A stretch of 64,000 nucleotides of DNA from Nemertoderma westbladi (Eukaryota > Animalia > Xenacoelomorpha). The stretch covers positions 1 through 64,000 of the forward strand of contig JAUCBJ010006752.1 of the NCBI GenBank assembly GCA_032718475.1, read 5' to 3'. The position numbers were made by a program, and so were the translations under genes. Positions 35,701 through 48,481 of this stretch are shown here, in pieces; the stretch's first letter is position 1; each line of letters opens with the position of its first letter. The notes below the pieces were generated by a model. It was given only the letters and a program-made list of their open reading frames with translations. It searched no databases and was not told the DNA's origin.

Positions 35701-36840
35701 ATTATGAAGTAAATTATATATAGGAAATTACAAAGAATACCGGGTAATGTAAACAAGAAGAAATTAAGGAATACGAAACTTAATATGGCAGTCATACAAT
35801 CAGACAATCCCCATTCAAGGAGCAATATTTCCAAATTTTCTGAATGTATACGGTACAGGTATATAGGCCTACCTGCCAACAGGCAGACAGATATACCGGC
35901 AATAAATACTGGCAAATCATCAAGACGAAGACCAAGACATTAAGACAATACGCTAGGAAATAGGCCTACAATAAAACAAAACAATAACCAAATCAATAAA
36001 CGACAGAACGAGAGTCAAAACATGTTAAAGTGTTTCATGGCTGTTTGAGTTTTGGGTAGGCCTAATCCGGTAATTGTAATTCGTCGTTTTTGAAAAATAT
36101 TACCGGCAACCAAAGCACTGCAGCACTGTCTGACTGTTGGGGTTGGGCATAATTACAGAACTGCCGAACAGCAGATGCAGAATGAATTATGACTTCGAGT
36201 TGGCCCACTGCCTACTCACTGCTACTGTACTACAGGACTAAAACAACACAGTAACAGCAAACAGCACTAGCCTGCTAGCCAGCTAGCTGACTACTGGACT
36301 AGTAAAACACAACAATAAGGTCAATGAAGGCATACTGGTTACTGGTATAAGCAGTTTCGAGTTTGATAACATAAAACTGTAAAACAAATGCAGAAATCGT
36401 CCAACGGTCAACACTGCACCAGTTCAGTACTACCGTACCGGTATTGTAGCACAACTGCACAAGCACACTGTACAGCCAGACAGCTGTATTTACTGATACT
36501 GCCAGACTGCTGTACAGCTGTACTGTAATCTACTGCAGGTGGAGGCCCTGAAATACGTTTGTCATGCATTAACAACATACTTAACTCCTCTACTTCGCTA
36601 CAGCATTATGCATTAGGCCTACCTGGTAACCTGCAAACAGCAGATTGAAGTACCGCTAGGCCTACCAGGCCATGGGCCTACCACCTACAGACTTATTACA
36701 GCCAGATCGCTACAGCTTCAGTCAGGCAGTTCAGTGTTCTGCACATCCACACAAGTCCCTAAAAGGTGCCACCCTGCTCCATAGCGCGGGAAATTCAAAT
36801 GATTGAAAGACATGTAATTTGTACTGGAAAGGGTGGCAGA

Positions 36841-36899
36841 CAAGGTGTACTAAATTTATTATTACTAAAATTATGTACTAAGTTATTTAGTACACCTTG
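36841..36899. mobile_element. 59-bp remnant (probable excision footprint) of the CAAGG-TIR element family
   Basis: caaggtgtactaaat + AT-rich filler + gttatttagtacaccttg, flanked by the 8-bp TSD GTGGCAGA. Absent from the partner TIR. Confidence 0.8.
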
Positions 36900-37050
36900 G
36901 TGGCAGATCAGATCTGCCACCTATATTTTGGCGGTAAATTCAAATCTGTTTTAACATTGAATATATGAATAGAGTAATTCATTGAATCAGAATAAATTAC
37001 TTCTTATCGGTTTAACTCACTCATCCGTTATTGTTGTTGTTTTATCTATT

Positions 37051-37262
37051 CTGGGACTTCCAGCAGCACGTGAACATCTAAGCTGACTGGTTAGCTAGTC
37101 TGGGACTTCGAGCACCACGTGAACAACTAAGCTGACTGGTTAACTAGTCATGGGCTTCGAGCAGCACGTGAACAACTAAGCTGACTGGTTAACTAGTCCG
37201 GGACTTCGAGCAGCACGTGAACAACTAAGCTCACTGGTTAACTAAACTTGGGCTTCGAGCAG
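37051..37262. repeat. 49-bp tandem repeat x4 inside the TIR element
   Basis: Unit ctgggacttcgagcagcacgtgaacaactaagctgactggttaactagt. Confidence 0.85.
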
Positions 37263-40057
37263 TACGAGACCATTTGAATTTGAATTGATATATTTTTGGC
37301 GGTTAATGCTAATTACAGAATTATGTACATGGGTACGTACTAAAAGGTCAATGAGCAAGAGCAGTAGACTTCATACTGTAAACTTTGTTCGCGCTTTTAG
37401 ACCTTTTAGCAGTTTAACCTGCCAATTTTAGTTGTCTTCTTGTTTATAAATCGACTTTAGCCTAGACTAATTATTTAATGTACTGAAGTTACATCTGCCG
37501 AAGCCAGTCTGTGCGCGATCATTCACCCACTGTTAAGGGAGACTGGATTCGGGTGCTTTGACGTTATTGCGGTGTAGACCTACTGTATTATTCGATTGAT
37601 CGTTACTATATAATCTCTGACAAATATATTTACTTTCGGGGAAATATTAACAGTTCCTTTAGGACGTGGCGCTTTAAGTATAAAAACAGAGTTATGACTT
37701 ATACTAATCACAACTAGATGGCTACTGAGTTTCGTAAATAGCGCATTCTTTAGGAGATGCTTTATTATCTGTCACACTACTTCACACTATACTTCACACT
37801 ACTGCACACTGATCTGCCGACCGTCACTGAATTTGATCATATATAAAGAAGATCGCAACTGACACTTGTAGGGATTATGAAATAGCATTTAATTCACACA
37901 AAAACCACTATAATTTAAGTCGCAGTTGCTACCGGTAAACTGTCCTCTTACCTTCAGTAATCAATAAGATTGGGGGTTTTATGATTATTTATCGGTATTC
38001 TCCAAATATAACAACATATCCAACAATATACAACAATTAATAACAGACAGTAAACAGAAGTAAAATAATGCGGTGAAAGTAATGTTCCCGTAATGCATTG
38101 GTAGTTGAGTCAGGTTTGATATGCAGTTTGCAGCCAGTTCAGTGATTCGGATAATAGATTTACGTTCCGTAATCAAAGCCATCAGATCTTTAGGCAAAGT
38201 CTGAAACTTCCACAACAGAAGTAACAGAAGATTTCCAAGCAGTTCTCTCGCTCAGAAAGGTAAAACAAAGACCGTAATGCATTGCGCGGTTTTACATAGG
38301 CCCTTGTCCAACATAAAATGAAAATCGCTCTGATTGGTTGAGCAGAACAAAGAGAGGTTCCACGTTTACAGTAAATCAGCTGACAGATTTCGTCATCTGA
38401 GTTCCAGCCGTTTAGAGGATTAGGCGCATTGCGGAAATATATGACTTGTTATGTCCGCTAAAGCACCTACACGGTATATTGCGGAGAAAAATGACTTGTT
38501 ATGTACGCAAAAGCTTTTACAAACTTCTTACTGTAGTGTAGTAGCTACTGCTACTGCATGTGCAGTAGGCCTACAGACATATTATCTTATTTAGGTCTAC
38601 TAAGAAATATTGCGTAGTGTAATTTCATAAGAAATATATACAGCTGTACAGCAGGGAATTGATAGTAAAATATATCGCAGGTAGGCGGCCTACTGTAATA
38701 ACAATAGGTGTATAATGCCTCTGCCTATACTGCTGTATTTGTCTATGACATATAATATGATAAAATATTATTATGAATGAACATTATTATTCTTAGTAAT
38801 TCGTCACAAAATACAATGCGCTACTAACTCAGAAACTGTAATCCTAAATGCGGAACTTAAACCGAAACAGGGAATAGTACAATGTGGACTTTGTAGTGAC
38901 ACATTTGACAGTCAGTGCGATATAATTTCTCATGTACAAGCAAATCACGGTATTGCATGTTCAGTACAAACGGTAATTCGGTTATTCAACAATTAACAAA
39001 CGGTTATTCAACGTCCATTTTTAGTTATTAGCATGACGGTAATACAAATTACGCAAAGTGAACCTTTACTACATTCACAATTTTCTATTCATTCATACTA
39101 ACTATAACGAAAATTGAACGTGCATTTAATCCATGGTACGTTCAATTAACTATATTTGCTACCTGTGTTACTCTATTCATATATTCAATGTTAAAGCAGA
39201 TTTGAATTTACCGCCAAAATATAGGTGGCAGATCTGATCTGCCACCCTTTCCAGTACAAATTGCATGTCTTTCAATCATTTGAATTTCCCGCGCTATGGA
39301 GCAGGGTGGCACCTTTTAGGGACTTGTGCACATCCACTAAACTGCTAAATAATTTTCCTACAAAAAATAATTATTCTCCACTATTTATAATTGGATTTCA
39401 ACTAAAATATTTATGTTTAACAATTTTTAATTTTGTATCCACCAAATATAGTCATTTTATTCACTTTCCACTAATTTTAATATTTTTTCACTAAAAATAA
39501 TCACCTTCCTTTTCGCATTAGATCCGACTTCAGCTTTAAATGCTGGTAACGTGTGTCCGTGTGTCCCTTAGATATAATAGCATCACCTACATGCTACATT
39601 ATAACTATTTAAGTCTGCAGTAAATTTTATTAGTTTTCTTAAATTTGACCGTTTTATGTACCTACATTTTTTTAAATATTATGATAAAGTATTTTATTCC
39701 AAAATAAAAATTTGTAACATTACTCAACGCTGTTAGTATTAAACTGTTAAAGGCGAGTTGTTATTTAGCACTTTATAACTTTGGAGGACATTACATACAT
39801 ACTTGTTGCAAAGTACTTTACAGTGTTCTTATCCTCGTGGCTTTATTTTCACTCACTCACTAACGTTCGTTCGTGTATCAAAGCCACTCGCATTTTGTAG
39901 CAATTATATTTATATTATAACTAATTTTCTAGCAAAAATAAACTGTAACATGTTCTATTGACTTTCGTTAATGTTCTGGTTAGAACAACGCAGTCACTGT
40001 AACCTTCTCCTTTCCCTGAAAATCTCAGAACCTAACGCTTCTATAAAGGACCAACAG

Positions 40058-40367
40058 TACTGCTGTATTGAGGACTGCAGTGACTGATGTATTGTACTGC
40101 TGTGCCCTGTGCAGTCCGAGTCGTTAACGTTATAGATCACCTCTGCCGGTAGGCGGAATCCCAACTGACAACTGCAGAACTACGGCTGTACGGTTCTCGT
40201 AGCAGTTTGGTCCCAAACATGGACTTAAAACATTCTGTAGTTGTCAGTTGAGTTGGGAATACCGCCTACCGGTGCGGTAGAAGTGAGCTACCTACTGCTG
40301 GGATGTATAACGTTAACGACAGCACAGCAGTACAATACATCAGTTACTGCAGTCCCCTATACAGCAG
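40058..40367. mobile_element. Imperfect palindromic MITE of about 310 bp
   Basis: actgctgtat..ggactgcagtgactgatgtattgtactgctgtgc..gtcgttaacgttata..ccggtaggcgg is mirrored by ccgcctaccgg..tataacgttaacgac agcacagcagtacaatacatcagttactgcagtcc..atacagcagt. Confidence 0.75.
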
Positions 40368-40469
40368 TTGTGCTGAGCTGCTTCCCGCAAATTTAAATAT
40401 GAAAAAAAGAGATGTAAAAATTCTTTAAATATCAAAAATTAATAATTTTCACCCCTCTTTCTATTTTCG

Positions 40470-41553
40470 ATTCAGATTGGGTTCAGACTTGGTATAATTC
40501 TCGACATTGGGGGTCCAGATTGTGTTCAGATTTGGTATAATTCTCGACATTGGGGGTCCAGCTTGGGTCCAGATTTGGTATAATTCTCTGACATTGGGGG
40601 TCCAGATTGGGTTCAGATTTGGTATAATTCTCTGACATTGGGAGTCCAGATTGGGTCCAGATTTGGTATAATTCTTGACATTGGGGGTCCAGATTGGGTT
40701 CAGATTTGGTATAATTCTCGACATTGGGGGTCCAGATTTGGTATAATTCTCGACATTGGGGGTCCAGATTTGGTATAATTCTCGACATTGGGAGTCCAGA
40801 TTGGGTTCAGATTTGGTATAATTCTCGACATTGGGAGTCCAGATTGGGTTCAGATTTGGTATAATTATCGACATTGGGGGTCCAGATTGGGTCCAGATTT
40901 GGTATAATTCTCGACATTGGGGGTCCAGATTTGGTATAATTCTCGACATTGGGGGTCCAGATTTGGTATAATTCTCGACATTGGGAGTCCAGATTGGGTT
41001 CAGATTTGGTATAATTATCGACATTGGGGGTCCAGATTTGGTATAATTCTCGACATTGGGGGTCCAGATTTGGTATAATTCTCGACATTGGGAGTCCAGA
41101 TTGGGTTCAGATTTGGTATAATTCTCGACATTGGGAGTCCAGATTGGGTTCAGATTTGGTATAATTCTCGACATTGGGAGTCCAGATTGGGTTCAGATTT
41201 GGTATAATTATCGACATTGGGGGTCCAGATTGGGTCCAGATTTGGTATAATTCTCGACATTGGGGGTCCAGATTTGGTATAATTCTCGACATTGGGAGTC
41301 CAGATTGGGTTCAGATTTGGTATAATTCTCGACATTGGGGGTCCAGATTGGGTTCAGATTTGGTATAATTCTCGACATTGGGGGTCCAGCTTTGGCATAA
41401 TTCTCGACATTGGGGGTTCAGATTTGGTATAATTCTCGACATTGGGGGTTCAGATTGGGTTCAGATTTGGTATAATTCTCGACATTGCATTGGGGGTCCA
41501 GATTGGGTTCAGATTTGGTATAATTCTCGACATTGGGGGTCCAGATTGGGTTC
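40470..41553. repeat. Minisatellite with mixed 31- and 43-bp units
   Basis: cagatttggtataattctcgacattgggggtc, with or without an extra cagattgggtt module. Confidence 0.95.
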
Positions 41554-42734
41554 TTATTACCCGACAAAATCAAACAGACAAGGAAAGGTAGTAGGCCTAC
41601 GGGGCTAACTATTTTTAGTGATAAATCATTATTTATTGTGGATTTGCAATGTTTATATTTTTAGTTAATTATTTAGTGAAGAATGATTATTTTTATTAAT
41701 TTTAGTGAGTCGAAAAATAGATGGGATTAAGTAAATAATAAGTATGCTTTGCTTTCTATACCAGAGTTTATGTTTACGTCATGAGAACATCTACTATCAG
41801 CTACAGAAAATTACAGAAATTGTTTCTTGCTATATTATTTCACTAAATATGGTATGTTTTCAACTTTAAACAATCTAATTTCTACAAAGTTTCAATTTCA
41901 AGTTCCAAATCCCGCCCGTGAACGACTGCGATAAAACCGCAATTAATTTGATATTTTTTAATTTAATTTCTGAAATTTTTGGTTATTACTTTTTAATTTA
42001 TTATTTTTATTATATTTCTTTTATTATATTTTTATGGATTTATTTATTCTTTTATGTAATTTTTTAAAATATATTTTTTGAATTTTTTTTATTTAAGTTA
42101 AGTTACGTTAATTTAATTTTTATTTGTTTTTTTAATTTAACTATGTTATTTTTGTGTGATGCTCATCACACTGGCCACCCTACTATTGTATAGTAGGCCC
42201 TAAACACACGCGTGATTGGATAATCGGTGCTGATTCTGAAACTATCACAAACTAACAGCTTAGCCTACTAAGCATAAGTAATTATTTGTGGGTCCCGCAT
42301 TCCAACACACGTACATAACTTTGTACCGGTAGTTGGACGTAAAGGTCAAGCTGACGATTTTAGGGGGAATTATTTATTAATTGGAGACCTACAAATTTAA
42401 TAGATTAAGGGGGGGGGGGGGGGGTAGCCCCTTACGGTTATTTCTTCTTCCTTTGTACGTACATGTCTCCAATGTGATTGAAAAATGTATATAAAACAAC
42501 ATACCATGGAAAAGAGAACAATCAAAAGTACTAAAAAATTTGAAAAAACTTTATTGGCGCCCCCTAGTGGCCTACGTGAGATTTTGAAAATTTAACTAAA
42601 AAGACTAATCCTCCGTTATTTTACATTTTTATTTTACGATACCATTTTTTTGGAACAAAGCATGTTCATTTTCATATTTTTCACGCACTTTTTGTATTTC
42701 TGTTTTAGATTTCTGATAATTGGCAATTTTAAAA

Positions 42735-42962
42735 GGCGGGGTAGCTCAGTTGGTTGAGCGCCGGGCCTGCAATCTATTGGTTGTAGGTTCAGCCCCGCCA
42801 GGGTCCACTCAGCCTTTCATCCACTGGGGTCGATAAAATGAGTACCAGTTAAATTACTGGGAGCAAATCGTGGGATAGGAGTAGCGCCCACCCCTACCCT
42901 CGGGTAGCAGCTATCGAAAGAGGAGCCTTCGGGTCGCCTCCGGCCGACTGTTTGCTTTTTTT
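42735..42962 (+). mobile_element. tRNA-derived SINE with a Deu/Nin-like conserved core (fragment also at about 28820-28950)
   Basis: A box GTAGCTCAGTTGG, degenerate B box, core ggtccactcagcctttcatcc..gtcgataaaatgagtaccag, tttgc tail. Core assignment is from memory. Confidence 0.65.
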
Positions 42963-43695
42963 TATGCTTGTAAAGAAAAAATTCAATTATTTTTAAAAAC
43001 TAAAAAACCCATATTTTTGTAATTTTTTATTCAAAAATTGAGAAAATATTATTAAATTAAGAAAAGTGCGTGGAATATATTAAAATAAAATAAAAAACTA
43101 CCAGTTAGCATGGGGTCTGGTTGGTTAAAGTGTCTGACATGAAGGAAGCACACCACCGTGCTAAAATTATATTTATTGGGGTGTTCGGGGTCGCTGGTTT
43201 CATTTCCGATGTTAGTCTTAAAATTTGGCGGAATGTAGTCTGTCGGTTGTCTGCAGTCTGTCTGTCTTACATTTTGACAGACAGGTATTCCACGATATCG
43301 CGAGAACTAAAAGAGATAAAAGCCGTTCTCAGCTGATTTGAAATACCCTTTAAATTTTGCTCTGATGTGGAAATAGTTGCAATGAAAAACAAACTTCTGA
43401 AAATTTATTTTAATAGTCATGACGTTGAGTATTTTGCAGCCATTTTAGTGACCTTTGATTACGTGTTCCTGATTACAACCCAGACGAATACCGCAATCCA
43501 TATTAATATAAATTTACAAATAATTAAAAAAACCATAAATTCCTTTAATAAAGTTGAGTAGCACTCTACTTTACTATATTTACTCTTCCCAATACATTCA
43601 TTAACATTTTCAATTGTTCGGTTAATTGCAAAAGTAAGTAATATTAATTTAATCTATATTGCTAGAATGATAGTTCATATTATACCGAAATGATT

Positions 43696-43983
43696 TCATT
43701 CGATTGCCTCCATAGCGATATCATTAAGTGGAGTTTCATTATCTAAAGAGGTAGCAATGCTACCAGTTAAATCATCCTGAGAGTCGTTCAGCTGTTCTAC
43801 CGTAATATCTGTTTGTGGAATTGACTCCTCTTTACAGACGACGACGGCAGACCCTTCAGGGGTTCCATCGCGACCCGTTTCCTCCACACCATTCGAGGTA
43901 TCCTGGATACGGCTCGGCGGTGGCAGCATCTTTCCTGTTCTACTCAGTAACGTTTTGGCGTCGACATCTAAATCACTTGAAGT
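43696..43983 (-). CDS. PHF14: PHF14 terminal exon (acidic tail)
   Basis: Acceptor ttttag at 43984. TSSDLDVDAK...AMEAIE*, in phase 0 with the last PHD exon. Confidence 0.7.
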   Translation of the reverse strand, partial: TSSDLDVDAKTLLSRTGKMLPPPSRIQDTSNGVEETGRDGTPEGSAVVVCKEESIPQTDITVEQLNDSQDDLTGSIATSLDNETPLNDIAMEAIE

Positions 43984-43985
43984 CT

Positions 43986-44866
43986 AAAATAACCAAACCA
44001 GGCGTAGTCAGTTAACAAAATAACCAAACCAGGCGTAGTCAGTTAACAAAATAACCAAACCAGGCGTAGTCAGTTAACAAAATAACCAAACCAGGCGTAG
44101 TCAGTTAACAAAATAACCAAACCAGGCGTAGTCAGTTAACAAAATAACCAAACCAGGCGTCGTCAGTTAACAAAATAACCAAACCAGGCGTAGTCAGTTA
44201 ACAAAATAACCAAACCAGGCGTAGTCAGTTAACAAAATAACCAAACCAGGCGTAGTCAGTTAACAAAATAACCAAACCAGGCGTAGTCAGTTAACAAAAT
44301 AACCAAACCAGGCGTAGTCAGTTAACAAAATAACCAAACCAGGCGTAGTCAGTTAACGAAATAACCAAACCAGGCGTAGTCAGTTAACAAAATAACCAAT
44401 GCGTAGTCAGTCAACAAAATAACCAAACCAGGCGTAGTCAGTTAACAAAATAACCAAACCAGGCGTAGTCAGTTAACAAAATAACCAAACCAGGCGTCGT
44501 CAGTTAACAAAATAACCAAACCAGGCGTAGTCAGTTAACAAAATAACCAAACCAGGCGTAGTCAGTTAACAAAATAACCAAACCAGGCGTAGTCAGTCAA
44601 CAAAATAACCAAACCAGGCGTAGTCAGTTAACAAAATAACCAAACCAGGCGTAGTCAGTTAACAAAATAACCAAACCAGGCGTAGTCAGTTAACAAAATA
44701 ACCAAACCAGGCGTAGTCAGTTAACAAAATAACCAAACCAGGCGTAGTCAGTTAACAAAATAACCAAACCAGGCGTATAGTCAGTTAACAAAATAACCAA
44801 ACCAGACGTAGTCAGTTAACAAAATAACCAAACCAGGCGTAGTCAGTTAACAAAATAACCAAACCA
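43986..44866. repeat. 31-bp minisatellite (about 28 copies) abutting a PHF14 acceptor
   Basis: Sense-strand unit GTTAACTGACTACGCCTGGTTTGGTTATTTT; only the last copy is followed by AG. Confidence 0.95.
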
Positions 44867-45023
44867 CTGGGTATTAAATATGAAAATAACCTAACAACAA
44901 TTTATGTTTCTCAGAGTGAAATACATAAAGTGTAAACCACGAAATTTCCAGTTCATGTGACTAAGTTTTTATACTTAACATGACTTGACTGACTTGAGTA
45001 ACAATATCTTATTACTTTTGTCA

Positions 45024-45557
45024 TTTTAGATGTGGGGCGAGCCACGAAGTTGGCGGAGCCTTAGCGAATTGACACTGTTAGGGGGTGGGTCAATTTATGC
45101 AAATAGTTGTCGTCGTCGTCGTTGTCGTCGTCGTCGTCGTTGTCGTCGTCGTCGTCGTTGTCGTCGTCGTCGTCGTTACGATTTTGACATGCTAATAACT
45201 TTGTCGGATTTAAAGCTGCCAAGTTGAAAATTTGTAGGTATCAATATGAGCAAAAGTTGAGATTTTTGAGAGACTTTCAGACACCATCAGTGCAATGGTC
45301 TCCCGCTAGAGGGCCACATGTCTAAACATTAAATGCCCTCCCATTTCTTTGCTTTTAATCCGTTTAAGCTGAAACTTGGCAGATATGTATTAGACCATTA
45401 GCTGTGACTTTCAAAGGAGGCGAATCCATCTGCAGTTCTCCAGTCTGCCGCTAGAGGGCCAACGTGACTATTTGCATAAATTGACCTACCCCCTAACAGT
45501 GTCAATTCGCTAAGGCTCTGCCAACTTCGTGCTGCGCGAAGTCCCCACTTCGTGTTT
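45024..45557 (+). mobile_element. Helentron/DINE-1-like non-autonomous element (related pieces at about 195-460, 6040-6075, 24885-25000 and 56030-56400)
   Basis: T-rich 5' flank, about 60-bp subterminal inverted repeats (acgaagttggcggagccttagcgaattgacactgttagggg / cccctaacagtgtcaattcgctaaggctctgccaacttcgt), internal (GTC)n microsatellite. Confidence 0.7.
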
Positions 45558-45623
45558 ACCTTACGTAATGATCAAAATTTATACATTTAATCGGAAGTAA
45601 ATATTGAACTTTTCTATACTCAC

Positions 45624-45815
45624 ACTAGCCACACAATCGTGACAAAACCAGGCCCAACCCCTGATCTTGGGGTTTCCCTTTAGGGGAGGTATCGTGCAAT
45701 GCTTGTGGTAAGATAGTTGACAACCATCGCAGGTAACGAGGACCTTGGTGGACCCAACCTCCTTGCATCGATCGCATGTTACTTCTTGAGGTGTCGGTTT
45801 CATCTTCTTCGCACC
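45624..45815 (-). CDS. PHF14: PHF14 exon, last PHD finger
   Basis: CDRC..VLVTCDGCQLSYHKHCTIPPLK..GWAWFCHDC; bounded by tgcag and gtgagt. Confidence 0.88.
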
Positions 45816-46149
45816 CTGCACCACAAGATGAAACAAAATCAATATCAGCTCAATGCTCGCATGGTGTTATAAAAAGTTCACACTTTCTCATTTATGACCC
45901 ATTGAATTTACCTGGTAAATTAATATCCCTAAAAACGTAATGAAAATTAATTAATATCTTGTTAATTACATCGATTTATTTAATGTTTAAAATTAATTAT
46001 TTTGGCTACTTGACACGTTCAGCTCTAATATACTTAGAGGTTAAATAAATACTCCATCCATAATGTTCATATGTTATATGTTCGTATGTATGTTACATAT
46101 GTTACATATTCATATGTTCGTATGTTATGTTACTATTATGATAAATGCC

Positions 46150-46665
46150 TGAGCAACTTCCAGTACCTTGGATCATGGATAGAGAGTAGCAAAAAGGACA
46201 TACAGTAGAAGTTAGGAAAGCAAAGGCTTGGGTAGCTCTATCAAAAATGGATACCATCTGGAAATCAGATCTCTCCAGGCACCTGAAGACTAAGTTCTTT
46301 CGAGCCACAGTGGAAAGTGTATTTTTATACGGGGGTGAGACCTGGACACTGACTAAATCACTTGAACAACGAATTGATGGTTGCTAGTTGCTACACAAGA
46401 CTACTAAGGGCAGCCCTAAACATCAGCTGGAGACAACATATGACAAACGCCGAGCTTTATGGTACAATACCACCTGTATCAACCACCCTCCGTGAACGCA
46501 GATTAAGATTAAGTGGGCACTGCTGGCGAAGTAAAGACGAGGTCATACCAGATCTACTTCTCTGGCAACCAACTCATGGAAAGCGTAGTCGTGGACGACC
46601 GGCCATAACATATATAGATCAACTTGAAAGGGATACTGAACTTAGGAGAAACGAAATATTATAAA
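46150..46665 (+). mobile_element. RTE-like LINE 3' fragment, degenerate
   Basis: YLGSWI..KAKAWVALSKM..FFRATVESVFLYGGETWTLT..RLRLSGHCWR..RGRP, with stops and frameshifts. Confidence 0.8.
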
Positions 46666-47329
46666 AGAAACGTAAAAACGATATATTTAAGGAAATGGTT
46701 CCGTCAATAATTATATTATCAACATAAAATATTATATCGGCCAAGTATGTATGCTTAACTGCCTCTGCAACGTAACATCTCATCAGTTCCAGATTCAGTA
46801 TTATCAGGACCAGTGACTTTAGCTGACGTTCAGGATTGCTCGTGGCCGAACAACAAATTGGCTCTCGCCAATTATTGTCTGAGAACAAAATAAAAAAAAA
46901 AGACAAAACATTGTTAAAATAGCCAAATAATCACGAAATGGAGGTTTTATTTGCCTATAATCGCCCTGCTGCAATGCAGCTGCACATTTTATTGCTATCC
47001 TGGCTTGACAAAAATATGCTTGCCACCCCCTATGGTGACTCACCTCCAGTTTTTGGAAATGTAACTACTCTGTACTGATCTGTGATCGTGAATGGTCTTG
47101 ACATTAACCAATAAAACTTGTAGACATAATTTTTAAATCTTGATCAGAAGTCTAATAATATATAATATATATATATATATATAATAATAATTAACTAAAA
47201 AATAAAAAGTATTTTTTTGGGGCCATATTTTTTTTAATTATCGGCCCAAAATATAACTTACACTCAAAATGTTAAAAATAGTAAAAAATAATTTTTTTTG
47301 GTCTATGTCAATACCACTGACTGATAATT

Positions 47330-48000
47330 TCAAACGAATTGATTAAAAAATCACGGAGTAGTTCCATTTTAAGTGAGCAAAAAACGAGAATAATAATTTC
47401 GAGTAACATGCGTTTAAAGTTTGAATTGAACCTTCCCGAGTAAAATCCTTTGTCTGTATGGGACTTTTTAAGGAAGCAGACAGCTGGAATTTTCGGTATA
47501 TATAGGGGTTTATTTGTGTTCATTGGGCAAAATCTAGTCCACCTGTCTGGCTGTCTGTCGTAATGTCTGTCAGCCTGTTGGATTGTCCGTGTCCGTCAAA
47601 ATATGATAAAACATATCCGATGTCAGTTTTGATTTTTTGGCGAGTCTTGTCTGTCTGCCTATCCGTCTGGCCGTCTGTTGGTCTGTTTTCTGTCTCTTTG
47701 AATGCCCCGCAAGTTAGAAAAACACACGCTCTAGCTAAAATTTTCATTATGGGGGTTTTCGGAGTCGCTGATTTCATTTACGATGTCAGTTTTGATGTTT
47801 GACAAAATCTAGTCTGTCTGATATGTCGTCATGTTATCAGATTTGATCGGGAAAATAATGTTCATTTTATTTTTATGCAAAATTGCCATAGTAAAATCGC
47901 CACATATCTCCACAACTAAACATGTTGAAGTCAAAGCTTACATATTCGGATTCGCCATTAAGTTCTGCACAAAAATAGACCAAAATAAGTTCTTTGAATT
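47330..48000. repeat. Interspersed repeat with a TGTC microsatellite (related copy 43100-43460)
   Basis: gctaaaatt..ggggt(g/t)ttcgg(g/a)gtcgctg(g/a)tttcattt is shared by the two loci. Confidence 0.55.
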
Positions 48001-48138
48001 TTATTAACCTTAAGGCCAGTGTCATTTAGCGCAAGATTGTGCACAGGCTGGTCCTTACTGCGAAAGCAATATAACCTGCCAGTAGCTTCTACGGAAATAA
48101 TTACATTTCTAAATTTAATTTCTCGGTTTAAAACTTAC

Positions 48139-48294
48139 CCGCTTATTCTCATCGCGACATCCTTGGCAGATAGATTTCCCCTTGTGATCGGAATACCATG
48201 AACTCGACTCAGTAGTTTCGCATTGCGAGCATTGAGATGTTTCGGTTTCAGATAAAGCATCGCTACCGAAATCACTGGCGTCGTCAGCCGATCG
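48139..48294 (-). CDS. PHF14: Probable PHF14 exon encoding a GATA-type zinc finger
   Basis: tttatag| RSADD..CSQCETTESSSWYSDHKGKSICQGCRDENKR |gtaagt; 156 bp, phase 0-0; C-x2-C-x17-C-x2-C. Confidence 0.7.
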
Positions 48295-48481
48295 CTATAA
48301 ATAAAACGTTAAACGTAAATAATAGGCCGAAATCAAGCCTTTTGTCTCGCCTTCGCACCAACTGGTCCCCAGAGGTTATAGTACAAGATATCGCTCATAC
48401 TGATAGTTCTAGGATGACAGTGGCCAGCAAATCAGCGTTGCGCTCGAGTTTGGTATATTACGTTCCGATGACGATATTTAC

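Larger units (their letters stand above)
36750..39328. mobile_element. Non-autonomous DNA transposon with about 160-bp TIRs and an 8-bp TSD (P/hAT-like)
   Basis: TIR cacaagtccctaaaaggtgccaccctgctccatagcgcggg... is mirrored at 39168-39328. TSD CACATCCA at 36742-36749 and 39329-39336. Confidence 0.88.

Noticed and set aside
42735-42805. Functional tRNA gene (also 8270-8340 and 59820-59890)
   Set aside because: A/B boxes are present but no convincing cloverleaf, and the heads continue into SINE-like bodies or repeats.
40461-44866. 31-bp and 31/43-bp arrays as CRISPR arrays or repeat proteins
   Set aside because: Monomers are contiguous with no unique spacers, there are no cas genes, and the context is eukaryotic.
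45030-45227. Protamine-like Arg/Cys ORF
   Set aside because: It is the (GTC)n microsatellite inside a Helentron/DINE-like element.
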